Of a DNA stretch of 64,000 nt, positions 11,324 through 20,247 are shown piece after piece. Numbering within the stretch: position 1 is the stretch's first letter; the number at the start of each line of letters is the position of its first letter. Both the position numbers and the translations under genes were made by a program. Source of the stretch: Promethearchaeota archaeon (GTDB taxonomy: Archaea > Asgardarchaeota > Lokiarchaeia > Sigyniarchaeales > SOKP01); the NCBI GenBank assembly GCA_048939995.1, contig JBHLOY010000004.1, positions 219,483 through 283,482 on the forward strand, written 5' to 3'. The notes under the pieces were generated by a model. That model was not told where the DNA came from, searched no databases, and was given only the letters and a program-made list of their open reading frames with translations.

Positions 11324-13426
11324 ATGATCATCGAATCAGTGAAAATAAAGAATATAAGAAGTATAATGAATTTAGAAAGAGAATTTCCTGCTTCAACAAT
11401 TCTATTCTATGGAGATATTGGAAGCGGCAAATCTTCAGTCTTAAAAGCAATAGAATTTGGATTATTCGGAACGTTGACTGCCGCAGACTTAGGGGGTGAT
11501 TCTCTCTTAAGAAGAGGTGAAAATAGAGGTTCAGTTGAATTAACCTTTCTTATTGATAATAAAAAATATACTATTAAAAGGAAATTGAAAAGATTTATTA
11601 AAGATAAAAAGTCCGCTGTTACTCAAGAAGAAGGCTCATTTATTGAATATACAGACAATAATGTGTCAGAAACTTCTTATGCCCCTACAGATCTAAGAAA
11701 AAAAGTATTAGCCCTTCTAAATTATTCAATAACTCGTTATGAGAAGGCTCAAAAGATTCCGATATTTCGTTATACAGTCTACACTCCACAAGAACAAGTA
11801 AAGGAAATACTACAAGCGAAACCAGATGAAAGATTTGAAATTTTAAAAGAAGTTTTTGGTATTGAAAAGTATGAAATTGCTCTAAAAAATGTTAACGTAA
11901 TTAATGATTATTTATATCATGAAGGGAAAGAAACACAAATCATTCTAGAGACGATTGGACAACCTGAGCTCTTGATCCCTATGAAAGAACAGGAAATAGA
12001 GGAACAAAAAAAGAAAATTGAAAAAATACAAGGTGTCATAAAAGAAAAAGCAAAAGAATTGGAAAGAGAGGAACTAAAAGGTGAAAAAATACAGTTAGAA
12101 TTAAATGAATATTCTAAGAAACTTATTCAAATAGAAAATTATCAAAAAACTATTATAAGTTCAACAGATTCTAAAACGCAAAACCAAAACTCATTAGATA
12201 TATTAATCAGAGAAATTTCAGATTCTGAAATAGAAATAAATAACTTACCTCAGATAAAAATAGAGGCTGATATGACTGAAGAGTACTTAGAGGCTCAACT
12301 TAAGAAATCAAATAAACTCCAATCTAATATAGAGAAAAAAAAAGCAGTTTTGGAGAAAAAAGTTGAAGATATAAATAATCTTTTGAAAGAAGGTAAATGT
12401 TCTTTATGTGGCCAAGAAATACACGAACAAGAAAGATTTGATTTAGAACTTAAAGAGATAAATGAAACAATTAAGCGATATTCAAGAGAATTCCAGGATT
12501 TGGAGACTCAAATACTTAAATATGAATTACATTTAAAAACTTTGAAAGAGTATAATAGTGTTAAAACACAGAAGGAAGCTTTATTAAAGTTACTTGAGGA
12601 AAAAAGGAAAAGAGAAGGCGCATTAAACAAAATTATCAATCAATATAATGAAATTATTGAACAGAACAAAAAATTAATAGTTGATGTTCTTAATAAGTAC
12701 GATATAACAGATTTAGAAAAGTTAAAAGAACTAGAAGCCAAATTGAATGCTAAATTTATAAACCAGAAGAATTTAATTAAGGAAATAAATGAAAAAAAGG
12801 TAGAATTTGAAAAAAGTTTAGTCGCTGAACAGACGAATCTTAAAGTCTTAAATTCAGAATTAATCACATTAAAAGATGATCTAAAAAGAAAAAATCTACT
12901 TAGAAAAAAACTTGAATATGTATCAGATTTAAGAGACTGGATTAGAGATAAATTCCAGATCCTTATAAGGGATATTGAAAGAGAAATTATATCTTCAAGT
13001 GCCCTTCAATTTAATGAATATTTTAGAGAGTGGTTTACAACTTTAGTAGAGGATCAAAATATTGAAGTAGAAATTCGATTAGATGATTTTGAGCCCGTAA
13101 TAACAGTGAATGGGTATGATTCACCATTTAATGATCTATCTGGAGGAGAAAAAAGCGCCTTATCTTTATCATACAGACTTGCTTTAAATAAGATAATCAA
13201 TGAACGATATCAAGAAGTTAAAACTAAGGATCTATTAATTTTAGATGAACCTACTGATGGATTCAGTCAAGAGCAAATTAATAAGATGCAAGAAGTATTT
13301 GAGAAACTAGATACTTCCCAAATGTTCATTATTTCTCATGAGAGGAATCTTGATTCATTTGTAACTGATATTTTTAACTTTAAAAAAGAAAGACATCAAA
13401 CAAAAGTTATACAAGAACAAATATGA
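11324..13426 (+). CDS. rad50: Rad50 SMC-like ATPase
   Basis: Walker A GDIGSGKSS, coiled coil with CSLCG zinc hook, LSGGE signature, LDEPT Walker B, ISH switch. Start at ATG 11324 (track 11303). Confidence 0.93.
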   Translation: MIIESVKIKNIRSIMNLEREFPASTILFYGDIGSGKSSVLKAIEFGLFGTLTAADLGGDSLLRRGENRGSVELTFLIDNKKYTIKRKLKRFIKDKKSAVTQEEGSFIEYTDNNVSETSYAPTDLRKKVLALLNYSITRYEKAQKIPIFRYTVYTPQEQVKEILQAKPDERFEILKEVFGIEKYEIALKNVNVINDYLYHEGKETQIILETIGQPELLIPMKEQEIEEQKKKIEKIQGVIKEKAKELEREELKGEKIQLELNEYSKKLIQIENYQKTIISSTDSKTQNQNSLDILIREISDSEIEINNLPQIKIEADMTEEYLEAQLKKSNKLQSNIEKKKAVLEKKVEDINNLLKEGKCSLCGQEIHEQERFDLELKEINETIKRYSREFQDLETQILKYELHLKTLKEYNSVKTQKEALLKLLEEKRKREGALNKIINQYNEIIEQNKKLIVDVLNKYDITDLEKLKELEAKLNAKFINQKNLIKEINEKKVEFEKSLVAEQTNLKVLNSELITLKDDLKRKNLLRKKLEYVSDLRDWIRDKFQILIRDIEREIISSSALQFNEYFREWFTTLVEDQNIEVEIRLDDFEPVITVNGYDSPFNDLSGGEKSALSLSYRLALNKIINERYQEVKTKDLLILDEPTDGFSQEQINKMQEVFEKLDTSQMFIISHERNLDSFVTDIFNFKKERHQTKVIQEQI

Positions 13427-13540
13427 TTTTAAATATTCTATTTAAAGCCTTTCATTAATAATAAGAAAATTGAAGATTTTTCAAGTACAAAAAGGTATTG
13501 TCCTAATTGCGGGACAATCCTAGATGAGGAATTTTAACTT

Positions 13541-14725
13541 TTATTTTAAGAACTCCTCTAAAGAATTAAATGTTTTTTCAAGTATTTCCTTATTAGGTAG
13601 GAATGTTAGTCTAATATGTCCTTTACCGTATTCTCCAAAACCAGAACCAAAAACAGTACACACTCCTTTTTCTTTAAGAAAACTGATAGCAAAATCCTTA
13701 TCATTCTTCCATTTAGAAAAATCCTGAAGTTCTATTTTTGGGAATAAGTAAAAAGCCCCACTAGCATTTACACAATTTATTCCTTCAATCTCTTTTAATC
13801 TTTTGTAGGAATAGTCACGCCGTTCTTTTAATTTTCTTACCATTTCTTTGGTGTGATTACTTTTAGTTCTAAAAATTTCAACAGCGGCATATTGAGCTAT
13901 TGTACTAGCAGATAAACGAGCTCTTGCCATTTTTGCTATACCTTCTTTTAACTCGGATAATTTATGTGCTGGATCATGGTAATATAAATAACCCAACCTC
14001 CAGCCAGTCATTAGATGTGCTTTTGAAAATCCATTCATCCCAATTATGGGGACATCCTTACTTAAACTAGCTGGACATACAAAATCCCTTTCATAGGTAA
14101 TTTGATCATAAATCTCATCTGACAATATTGGTAAATTAAACTCTCCTGCTAAGTCAATAATTTCTTTAACTCTCTTTTCTCTATATAAAACACCTGTAGG
14201 ATTGTTTGGACTACAAATTAAAATTCCTTTAGTTTTATTGGTAATTTTTTTTCTTAAATCATCAATATTAGGATCCCAATCATCTTTTTCGTCTAATTCA
14301 TATTCTACCGGAATTCCATCATAAAATCGCGTATTATTAATATATAGTGGATAAGTAGGGCCGGGTATAAGAAACTCATCGCTTTTCTCAACGAGTGCCG
14401 CCAAAAGAAAATAAATTGCTTCAGTTACACCTGTTGTAATTACAATATCACTAGAACTTATATTTAGATTATACTTACGTCTCATAAATTTACTAAGTTC
14501 TTCTCTTAGCTCCATAACCCCCATGGAATCAGCATAATAGTTCTTCCCATTAAGGCTTGCACTTGCTAATGCTTTAGAAATAAATTTAGGTGTCTCAAAG
14601 TCATAAATAGCGGGATCTCCAATATTTAGAGAAATAACCTCTTTTCCGGATTTTTTTACTTCATTTGCAATAACAGCAATATCTCTTATTGCATATTCTA
14701 TATCTTTTACTCTACGTGAAACCAA
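13541..14725 (-). CDS. PLP-dependent class I/II aminotransferase (alanine aminotransferase AlaA-like)
   Basis: EYAIRD, LNIGDP, PNNPTG, SDEIYD and FSK..MTGWRLG motifs. Confidence 0.9.
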   Translation of the reverse strand: MVSRRVKDIEYAIRDIAVIANEVKKSGKEVISLNIGDPAIYDFETPKFISKALASASLNGKNYYADSMGVMELREELSKFMRRKYNLNISSSDIVITTGVTEAIYFLLAALVEKSDEFLIPGPTYPLYINNTRFYDGIPVEYELDEKDDWDPNIDDLRKKITNKTKGILICSPNNPTGVLYREKRVKEIIDLAGEFNLPILSDEIYDQITYERDFVCPASLSKDVPIIGMNGFSKAHLMTGWRLGYLYYHDPAHKLSELKEGIAKMARARLSASTIAQYAAVEIFRTKSNHTKEMVRKLKERRDYSYKRLKEIEGINCVNASGAFYLFPKIELQDFSKWKNDKDFAISFLKEKGVCTVFGSGFGEYGKGHIRLTFLPNKEILEKTFNSLEEFLK

Positions 14726-14820
14726 TAAATATCACTTTATATTGTGAAAACCTTTTTGCAGTAAGTATTTTCTAAAATTAAATAAGTTTATTATTAGAAA
14801 AAGGGATAAATGATTATTGA

Positions 14821-15051
14821 TTAATAAAGCTCTAATTTAAGGTTATCAATTAGAGATGCTATATATTGAGCATTAAATGATTCTTTGTCTTCTAATTCAT
14901 CATAAGCTCTCATATACTCACTCAATTGTTTTTGTTTCTCAAAATATTCTAATTCAAGATACCCTATCGAAAATTCAGGTAAAAATTGCTTGCATGAATC
15001 ATCAATGACTTTTCTTTCCATTTCATCCAAATTTTTCACGTCAATTTCCAT
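14821..15051 (-). CDS. Small hypothetical protein homologous to the helical insert of the 18.5-19.9 kb paralogs
   Basis: LPEFSIGYL...KESFNAQYIASLIDNL aligns with IPDYAMGYL...KESYKGLSLKNWIDML of 19293-19910. Confidence 0.7.
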   Translation of the reverse strand: MEIDVKNLDEMERKVIDDSCKQFLPEFSIGYLELEYFEKQKQLSEYMRAYDELEDKESFNAQYIASLIDNLKLELY

Positions 15052-15128
15052 TAAAACCACAACCTTTTTAGAAAGTTTAAAATTTTGTTTTATCTGAGTA
15101 AATAACCATTATCTCTCAATTTAAAAAA

Positions 15129-15184
15129 TTTGATAAGAAGATTTTTTATAGGTTTGATAAATTTTTTTATCAAAATTATTTTTA
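15129..15184. promoter_or_regulatory. Operator-like element with perfect palindrome TTTGATAA-N6-TTATCAAA (15153-15174)
   Basis: Seen directly; ungapped similarity (42/56 by hand count) to 19995-20050. Confidence 0.6.
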
Positions 15185-15214
15185 AGTAATTTTTTTAAAA
15201 TAAGAATATAAAAG

Positions 15215-17470
15215 TTAGCGATAAAGATCCTCTGGTAGTTCCTTGATAGCTTCTTTATATGAGTGCTTAGCTTTATCTGCCCCCCTTTTTATTTTATCAG
15301 TTGCTTTTTCAAAATCCTCTTGAGAAATTTTGACTTTCGTATATGAGGCAGGATTTGTGAGATCGGCATTAGTATCGAATACTACTCTCCTAATTGCTAA
15401 AATTGAGGCTTCCTCGCATACTGCTTTAATATCAGCGCCAGTATATCCCTCTAACATTTCTGCTAATACTTCAATATCAACATTATTATCTATAGGACGA
15501 TTAGATAAATGAATCCCAAATATCTTCTTACGAGAAATTTTATTTGGTAATGGAATCTCTATGTGTCTTCCAAATCTACCTGATCTCAATAAAGCTGGAT
15601 CTAATAAATCGGGGCGATTTGTAGCAGCAATCAAGACTACATTCTTCAATTCTTCAAGTCCATCCATTTCTGTTAGAAGTTGAGCAACAACTTGTTCATT
15701 TACTCTTGAACTAGAAGATTCAGCCCGTCTTGAAGCTATAGCATCTATTTCATCAAAGAAAATTATGCAAGGCGCAGCAGATCTTGCCTTTCGAAAGGTT
15801 TCTCGAACCGCTTTAGCACTTTCACCTACCCATTTAGATAGAAATTCGGGACCTTTTACTGAAATAAAATTGATTTCGCTTTCGTGAGCAAGTGCTTTAG
15901 CCAATAAAGTTTTACCTGTCCCAGGGAGTCCAAACATTAAAATTCCACTTGGAGGTTTTGATTTCATGTATTTATAAAACTCTGGATATTTTAATGGCCA
16001 TTCTATCACTTCTCTTAATTGTTGTTTAACATCTTCTAAGCCGCCAATATCGTCCCAAGTTTCTGTTGGCTGAGTAATCAACACTTCCCTTAATGCAGAG
16101 GGCTCAATACTGTTTAAGGCTTCAATGAAATGATGCATTTTAATTTTTAATTTACTTAATACTTCTTCAGGGATAGGTTTATCTAAATCTATTTCGGGGA
16201 TAATTTCCTTAATAGCTAGCATTGCTCCTTCTCTACAGAGGGCTTTAATATCAGCACCAATAAATCCATGAGTCTTTTCAGCTAATTCTCTTAAATCTAC
16301 ACTTTCATCTAAGGGTATCCCTCGAGTATGAATTAATAAAATTTCATTTCGTCCATCAGTATCTGGAACCTTGATTTCAATTTCCCGATCAAATCTACCT
16401 GGTCTCCTTAAAGCATTATCAACATTATTAACTTTATTCGTCGCTCCTATAATTATCATTTCACCCCTTCCCTTTAAGCCATCCATTAGAGAAAGCAATT
16501 GAGCAACGACTCTTGATTCTGCTTGGTTTTTTCCTTCATCTCTTTTTGGAGCAAGAGAGTCCAATTCATCTAAAAAAATTATTGATGGAGCATTTTCTTT
16601 CCCCTCTTCGAAAATTTTTCTTAGATTTTCTTCACTTTGACCAAAAAATTTACTCATTATTTCAGGGCCACTGACACTTATAAAATGAGCATCAGTTTCA
16701 GAAGCAACAGCTTTTGCTATTAAGGTCTTTCCTGTACCAGGGGGGCCATGAAGTAAAACTCCTTTAGGAGGATCAATTCCTATCCTCTCAAATAGTTCTG
16801 GATGTCTTAATGGAAGTTCAATCATCTCTCTTATCTTCTGGATTGTATCTTCTAAACCCCCTATATCCTCATAAGTTATTCTTTCACGAATTTTTTGTAA
16901 TTTTTCCTCTATATCGCTGATTCCTTCATACTTTACCACTTTTCTTTTAATCTCAATTGAAGCTTGAGTATTTTCAGTAAAAATTATTTTTGTATTTAGA
17001 TTAATTCTAACAGCTTCTGTTTTAGGTGTATAATCCATAACAACTAAATCAATCCTATGAGCCATAGCATAGAAACTTAGACTATCACCCTTCATGATAA
17101 CTCGATTTTCTAATTTTCTTGCTAAAGCTTGGGGATCTCGTGGGACTAAAGAAGAATCTAAACCAGCAAAAGTTATCACTTCGGCTAAATCAGCCTTTAT
17201 TTTTTTTATTTCTACTAACTCATCAATGGAGGCATTTAGATTTCGTCTTAAAGAAGGATCCATTCTAATTATTCCCTTTCCTTTGTCTTCACTCCTTCCT
17301 GTAGATAATAAAGCAACAGTTTTTTTGTTTAATACCGGGTGGTTGATCCGTATTATATCACCAATTTTTAAATCTAATATGTTTATTACATTTGGATCAA
17401 TTCGAACAATTCCTCTGCCAGCATCTTCCTTAAACGCATCTTTAATTCTTAATTTTTTTTCTACTTCCAA
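15215..17470 (-). CDS. cdc48: CDC48/VAT/p97 family AAA+ ATPase
   Basis: N-domain DAGRGIVRID, D1 GPPGTGKT/LDELD, D2 GLPGTGKT/FDEID, C-terminal HbYX (LYR). GGGGTGA RBS favours TTG 17470. Confidence 0.95.
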   Translation of the reverse strand: MEVEKKLRIKDAFKEDAGRGIVRIDPNVINILDLKIGDIIRINHPVLNKKTVALLSTGRSEDKGKGIIRMDPSLRRNLNASIDELVEIKKIKADLAEVITFAGLDSSLVPRDPQALARKLENRVIMKGDSLSFYAMAHRIDLVVMDYTPKTEAVRINLNTKIIFTENTQASIEIKRKVVKYEGISDIEEKLQKIRERITYEDIGGLEDTIQKIREMIELPLRHPELFERIGIDPPKGVLLHGPPGTGKTLIAKAVASETDAHFISVSGPEIMSKFFGQSEENLRKIFEEGKENAPSIIFLDELDSLAPKRDEGKNQAESRVVAQLLSLMDGLKGRGEMIIIGATNKVNNVDNALRRPGRFDREIEIKVPDTDGRNEILLIHTRGIPLDESVDLRELAEKTHGFIGADIKALCREGAMLAIKEIIPEIDLDKPIPEEVLSKLKIKMHHFIEALNSIEPSALREVLITQPTETWDDIGGLEDVKQQLREVIEWPLKYPEFYKYMKSKPPSGILMFGLPGTGKTLLAKALAHESEINFISVKGPEFLSKWVGESAKAVRETFRKARSAAPCIIFFDEIDAIASRRAESSSSRVNEQVVAQLLTEMDGLEELKNVVLIAATNRPDLLDPALLRSGRFGRHIEIPLPNKISRKKIFGIHLSNRPIDNNVDIEVLAEMLEGYTGADIKAVCEEASILAIRRVVFDTNADLTNPASYTKVKISQEDFEKATDKIKRGADKAKHSYKEAIKELPEDLYR

Positions 17471-17486
17471 TTTAATCACCCCTTTT

Positions 17487-17500
17487 AAAAAAAAAAAAAA
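17487..17500 (-). terminator. T14 tract (minus strand) between the mtdB-like gene and cdc48
   Basis: A14 on the + strand about 11 nt after the mtd stop; oligo-T tracts act as archaeal terminators. Confidence 0.4.
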
Positions 17501-17511
17501 TAAGGTTATTT

Positions 17512-18498
17512 TTACTTATTAAGTAATCCCGATGCTATTTCAAAGGCATAATTATAATCAAATATCTTTAATCCCTTTGTTTTTGAAGCTTCTCTTAAAA
17601 TTTGACTCTCTGTATTCGCTTTCAGTGCTCCTAGCGCTAAAGCACCAATACAAAATACTCCTGGATAAATCTCATCATTTTTATGTTTTGGTTTAATACC
17701 TTCAATACCGTAGGGAGGTACAAGATTAATATCGATAACAATCTTTTTACCTGGTAATTTTTGCATCCATTCTGAACTTAATATTTCAACTCCCGCTGCT
17801 GCGAGAGACCATATTACAAGTGCATCTTCTGCGATTTCAAACCGTTGTTCTGGTCCTGGAGCAAATACTCCAAAAATCTTTTCTGATTCTCCTCCGGTTT
17901 CTTCATTAAGCTCTTTTGCTAAAGTATTTATGAAATCTTTATTAGATTTCTCCCAAGTCTCAACAATATAGGTTTTACACCCCATCTTTCCCGCTAAAAC
18001 TGCAGCAATTCTACCAACAGGTCCTGCACCAAATATCACCACTTTCTTATCTTTTAAATCTCTAATACCATGTTTCTTATTGGCAATACTAATTGTCATG
18101 GCGACGACCGCAGATGCAGTAGTGTGCGATCCTCTGGGGTCAATAATGATAGGACACTCGAAAGGTGGTACTAATGAATTTTTAACGGCTTTAGCTATTT
18201 TTTCGCCTTCTTTTACATCTGAACCACCAATAAAGAAAGCTGTAGGGGCACTAGGTTTCCTAGAAAATATTGCATCTTGAACTAATTTAGGAACATATTC
18301 TGCTTTCATTTTATTGAGAGGTATAACAATATCAAAACCAGCATCATAGGCCATATTTATATCAAATGGAGATGCATTATCGTCTGTATCAAAAAAGTAA
18401 CAAATTTTATCGGAGGTATCTTGTTTCTTTATAATAATTGGAGTTAATTCGATTATAGATTTTTTTCCTAAAATACTTTCCACACTTTTCTCAACCAT
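17512..18498 (-). CDS. mtdB: NAD(P)-dependent methylene-tetrahydromethanopterin dehydrogenase (MtdB/MtdA family)
   Basis: SPFDINMAYDAGF, QDAIFSR, FIGG, VPPF, DPRGSHTTA, Rossmann GAGPVG, AAAGV, DINLVPP.GIEG and IGALALG match the methylotroph Mtd family. ATG 18498 preferred. Confidence 0.85.
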   Translation of the reverse strand: MVEKSVESILGKKSIIELTPIIIKKQDTSDKICYFFDTDDNASPFDINMAYDAGFDIVIPLNKMKAEYVPKLVQDAIFSRKPSAPTAFFIGGSDVKEGEKIAKAVKNSLVPPFECPIIIDPRGSHTTASAVVAMTISIANKKHGIRDLKDKKVVIFGAGPVGRIAAVLAGKMGCKTYIVETWEKSNKDFINTLAKELNEETGGESEKIFGVFAPGPEQRFEIAEDALVIWSLAAAGVEILSSEWMQKLPGKKIVIDINLVPPYGIEGIKPKHKNDEIYPGVFCIGALALGALKANTESQILREASKTKGLKIFDYNYAFEIASGLLNK

Positions 18499-18541
18499 TT
18501 TTTTCAACTCATTTCGTAATTCAATTTTATAATAAAAAATT

Positions 18542-19273
18542 TTATTTTGAAATATCAATTTCTACATCTTTTTCGAAATCCTTTTCAAGTTCCTCAGTTT
18601 TAATAGTTCTTTTAATTTTAACTTGTTCCATTTCTATGCCTAAATCTTCTGATAGTTTTTCAATCCCATTAAAATGTCGAACATCGCATATAAACATCCC
18701 TTTCAACTTCTTTCCTTCTACATTCTTCGCAAGATTAAGAATATTCATCATCATCCATGCTTCTCTTACTTTATATCTTACTTCATCTTCTTGATTATCA
18801 TAATCCTTCTTTAAATACTCCTTCCATAATATTAACTTTTGAAACAGTTCATCATCTTCGGGAACTTTTCCTTGCTTTTGGATTAGTTCTCTAATTCTAC
18901 ATTCAAGATTTTTAATTGTAGATCTATGTTCATCTAAGGCTGATGAAAGATATAATTCAGCATTTTCAGAAATATCAGCAAGTTTGAAAGGAATCTTCCT
19001 TTTTTCAAATAGAGTTTTTAATGGATCATTTGCTTGATTTGCGTTATTCCAAAAATTCGGCTTTTCTTCCACAGCAAAATCAGGTTTATACTTTTCAATT
19101 AACGAATCAATCAATTGGAGGTATTCTTTTGAAATTAAATGAAGATTCCAAATAATATCTTCTTTAATTTCATCAGGAACTTCAAACCACCAATCAATTG
19201 GGAATTCACTCTCAACCATTATCAATTTTAAATATTTATCCTTTAATGATTTTAATTCTAACACTTCTGGCAT
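18542..19273 (-). CDS. Hypothetical protein, possible TraB/TIKI/ChaN-like fold
   Basis: KPDFAVEE, IPFKLADI, REAWMM and CDVRHFNGIEKL resemble TraB-family motifs; GGAGGAG RBS. Confidence 0.65.
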   Translation of the reverse strand: MPEVLELKSLKDKYLKLIMVESEFPIDWWFEVPDEIKEDIIWNLHLISKEYLQLIDSLIEKYKPDFAVEEKPNFWNNANQANDPLKTLFEKRKIPFKLADISENAELYLSSALDEHRSTIKNLECRIRELIQKQGKVPEDDELFQKLILWKEYLKKDYDNQEDEVRYKVREAWMMMNILNLAKNVEGKKLKGMFICDVRHFNGIEKLSEDLGIEMEQVKIKRTIKTEELEKDFEKDVEIDISK

Positions 19274-19292
19274 TTATTATCTCCTCCTTCTT

Positions 19293-19910
19293 TTAAAATA
19301 TTATATTTTGTATTGTATGTTTTTTATTATAAGAAACTACTTTTACACCTAATTCCCTCAAATTGTTTGTAATCTCTGGGCAAATATCTTCACAAATATC
19401 TTCTTGAACAAAATGTACAAAAGCAATGATGTCTTTTTCGTACTTTGACAATAAGTCTAACATTCTCTTAACAATCCATTGAGGTCTTAGTTTTAAACTT
19501 AGAAATATTTCTTTTTCCTGAATCTCTTCACCTAACATGTCAATCCAATTTTTTAAACTAAGCCCTTTATATGACTCTTTCTCAATCATATTTTCATATT
19601 CTTCAAATAATTCAGTTTGTAACTGTTGGTTTTCAATAATTTCTTGATATAAATATCCCATTGCATAATCTGGAATATCAACTTGGAAATAAGGGATTTT
19701 AAGCTCATTTAATGTTAGAGCAAACGGAGTTTTGCTAAATTCTTTCATATTAACTTGAAAATCTACTGTCACAAAATCTACATTGTTCTTTCTTAAAAAT
19801 TCTCTTAGTTTTGTGGTATCTTTATTTTGAAAATACTTAGCATTTTCTTTCGAGGAAATATAGGCAATAATTTTTTTATTTTTTATAGGCTTTAATTCCA
19901 AAACCTCCAT
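19293..19910 (-). CDS. Hypothetical protein, divergent paralog of 18542-19273
   Basis: Shared EVLELK start and DF, KIP(F/Y)..xDI, A..YL, W, R..W and LG anchors; GAGGTG RBS. Confidence 0.7.
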   Translation of the reverse strand: MEVLELKPIKNKKIIAYISSKENAKYFQNKDTTKLREFLRKNNVDFVTVDFQVNMKEFSKTPFALTLNELKIPYFQVDIPDYAMGYLYQEIIENQQLQTELFEEYENMIEKESYKGLSLKNWIDMLGEEIQEKEIFLSLKLRPQWIVKRMLDLLSKYEKDIIAFVHFVQEDICEDICPEITNNLRELGVKVVSYNKKHTIQNIIF

Positions 19911-19922
19911 TTTATAAAACAC

Positions 19923-20247
19923 CTCTCTCTAAACCTTTATTTAAAAGTTTAATATTACTCTAAGATTATAATCAAATTCTCAGAATAAAAAGAGTTTGAC
20001 AAGAAAATTTTGTGATAATTTGATAATTTTTTTAGTCAAGATTTCTTTTAACAAAATTTTATTTGTTATATGCAAAATCGAAATTTCTCCGACTGATAGC
20101 GCCATTCTCATTTTTGAAGTAGAAAATCTCATTGATCAAATCCTGACAAAGTTTAAATAGATCGATAACTATCATTATCATGAAGAGAAATAAAATTGTC
20201 AAATTTCAAAATTAACAAAAAATTTAATCAAAAGAGGAGATTTAACC
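19923..20247. promoter_or_regulatory. Divergent promoter region with several GA(T/C/G)AA-N6-TT(A/G)TC-like boxes and a TATA box
   Basis: Boxes at 20022-20037 (GATAA..TAGTC), 20164-20179 (perfect) and 20185-20200 (GAGAA..TTGTC); TTTAAATA at 20152-20159; RBS GAGGAG at 20234-20239. Confidence 0.6.

Noticed and set aside
7307-13426. HerA/nuclease anti-phage defence system
   Set aside because: This is the canonical archaeal nurA-herA-mre11-rad50 repair operon.
18499-18558. Frameshift fusion of the 243-aa protein with MtdB suggested by ORF overlap
   Set aside because: The overlap disappears if MtdB starts at ATG 18498; the intervening sequence looks like an ordinary AT-rich spacer.
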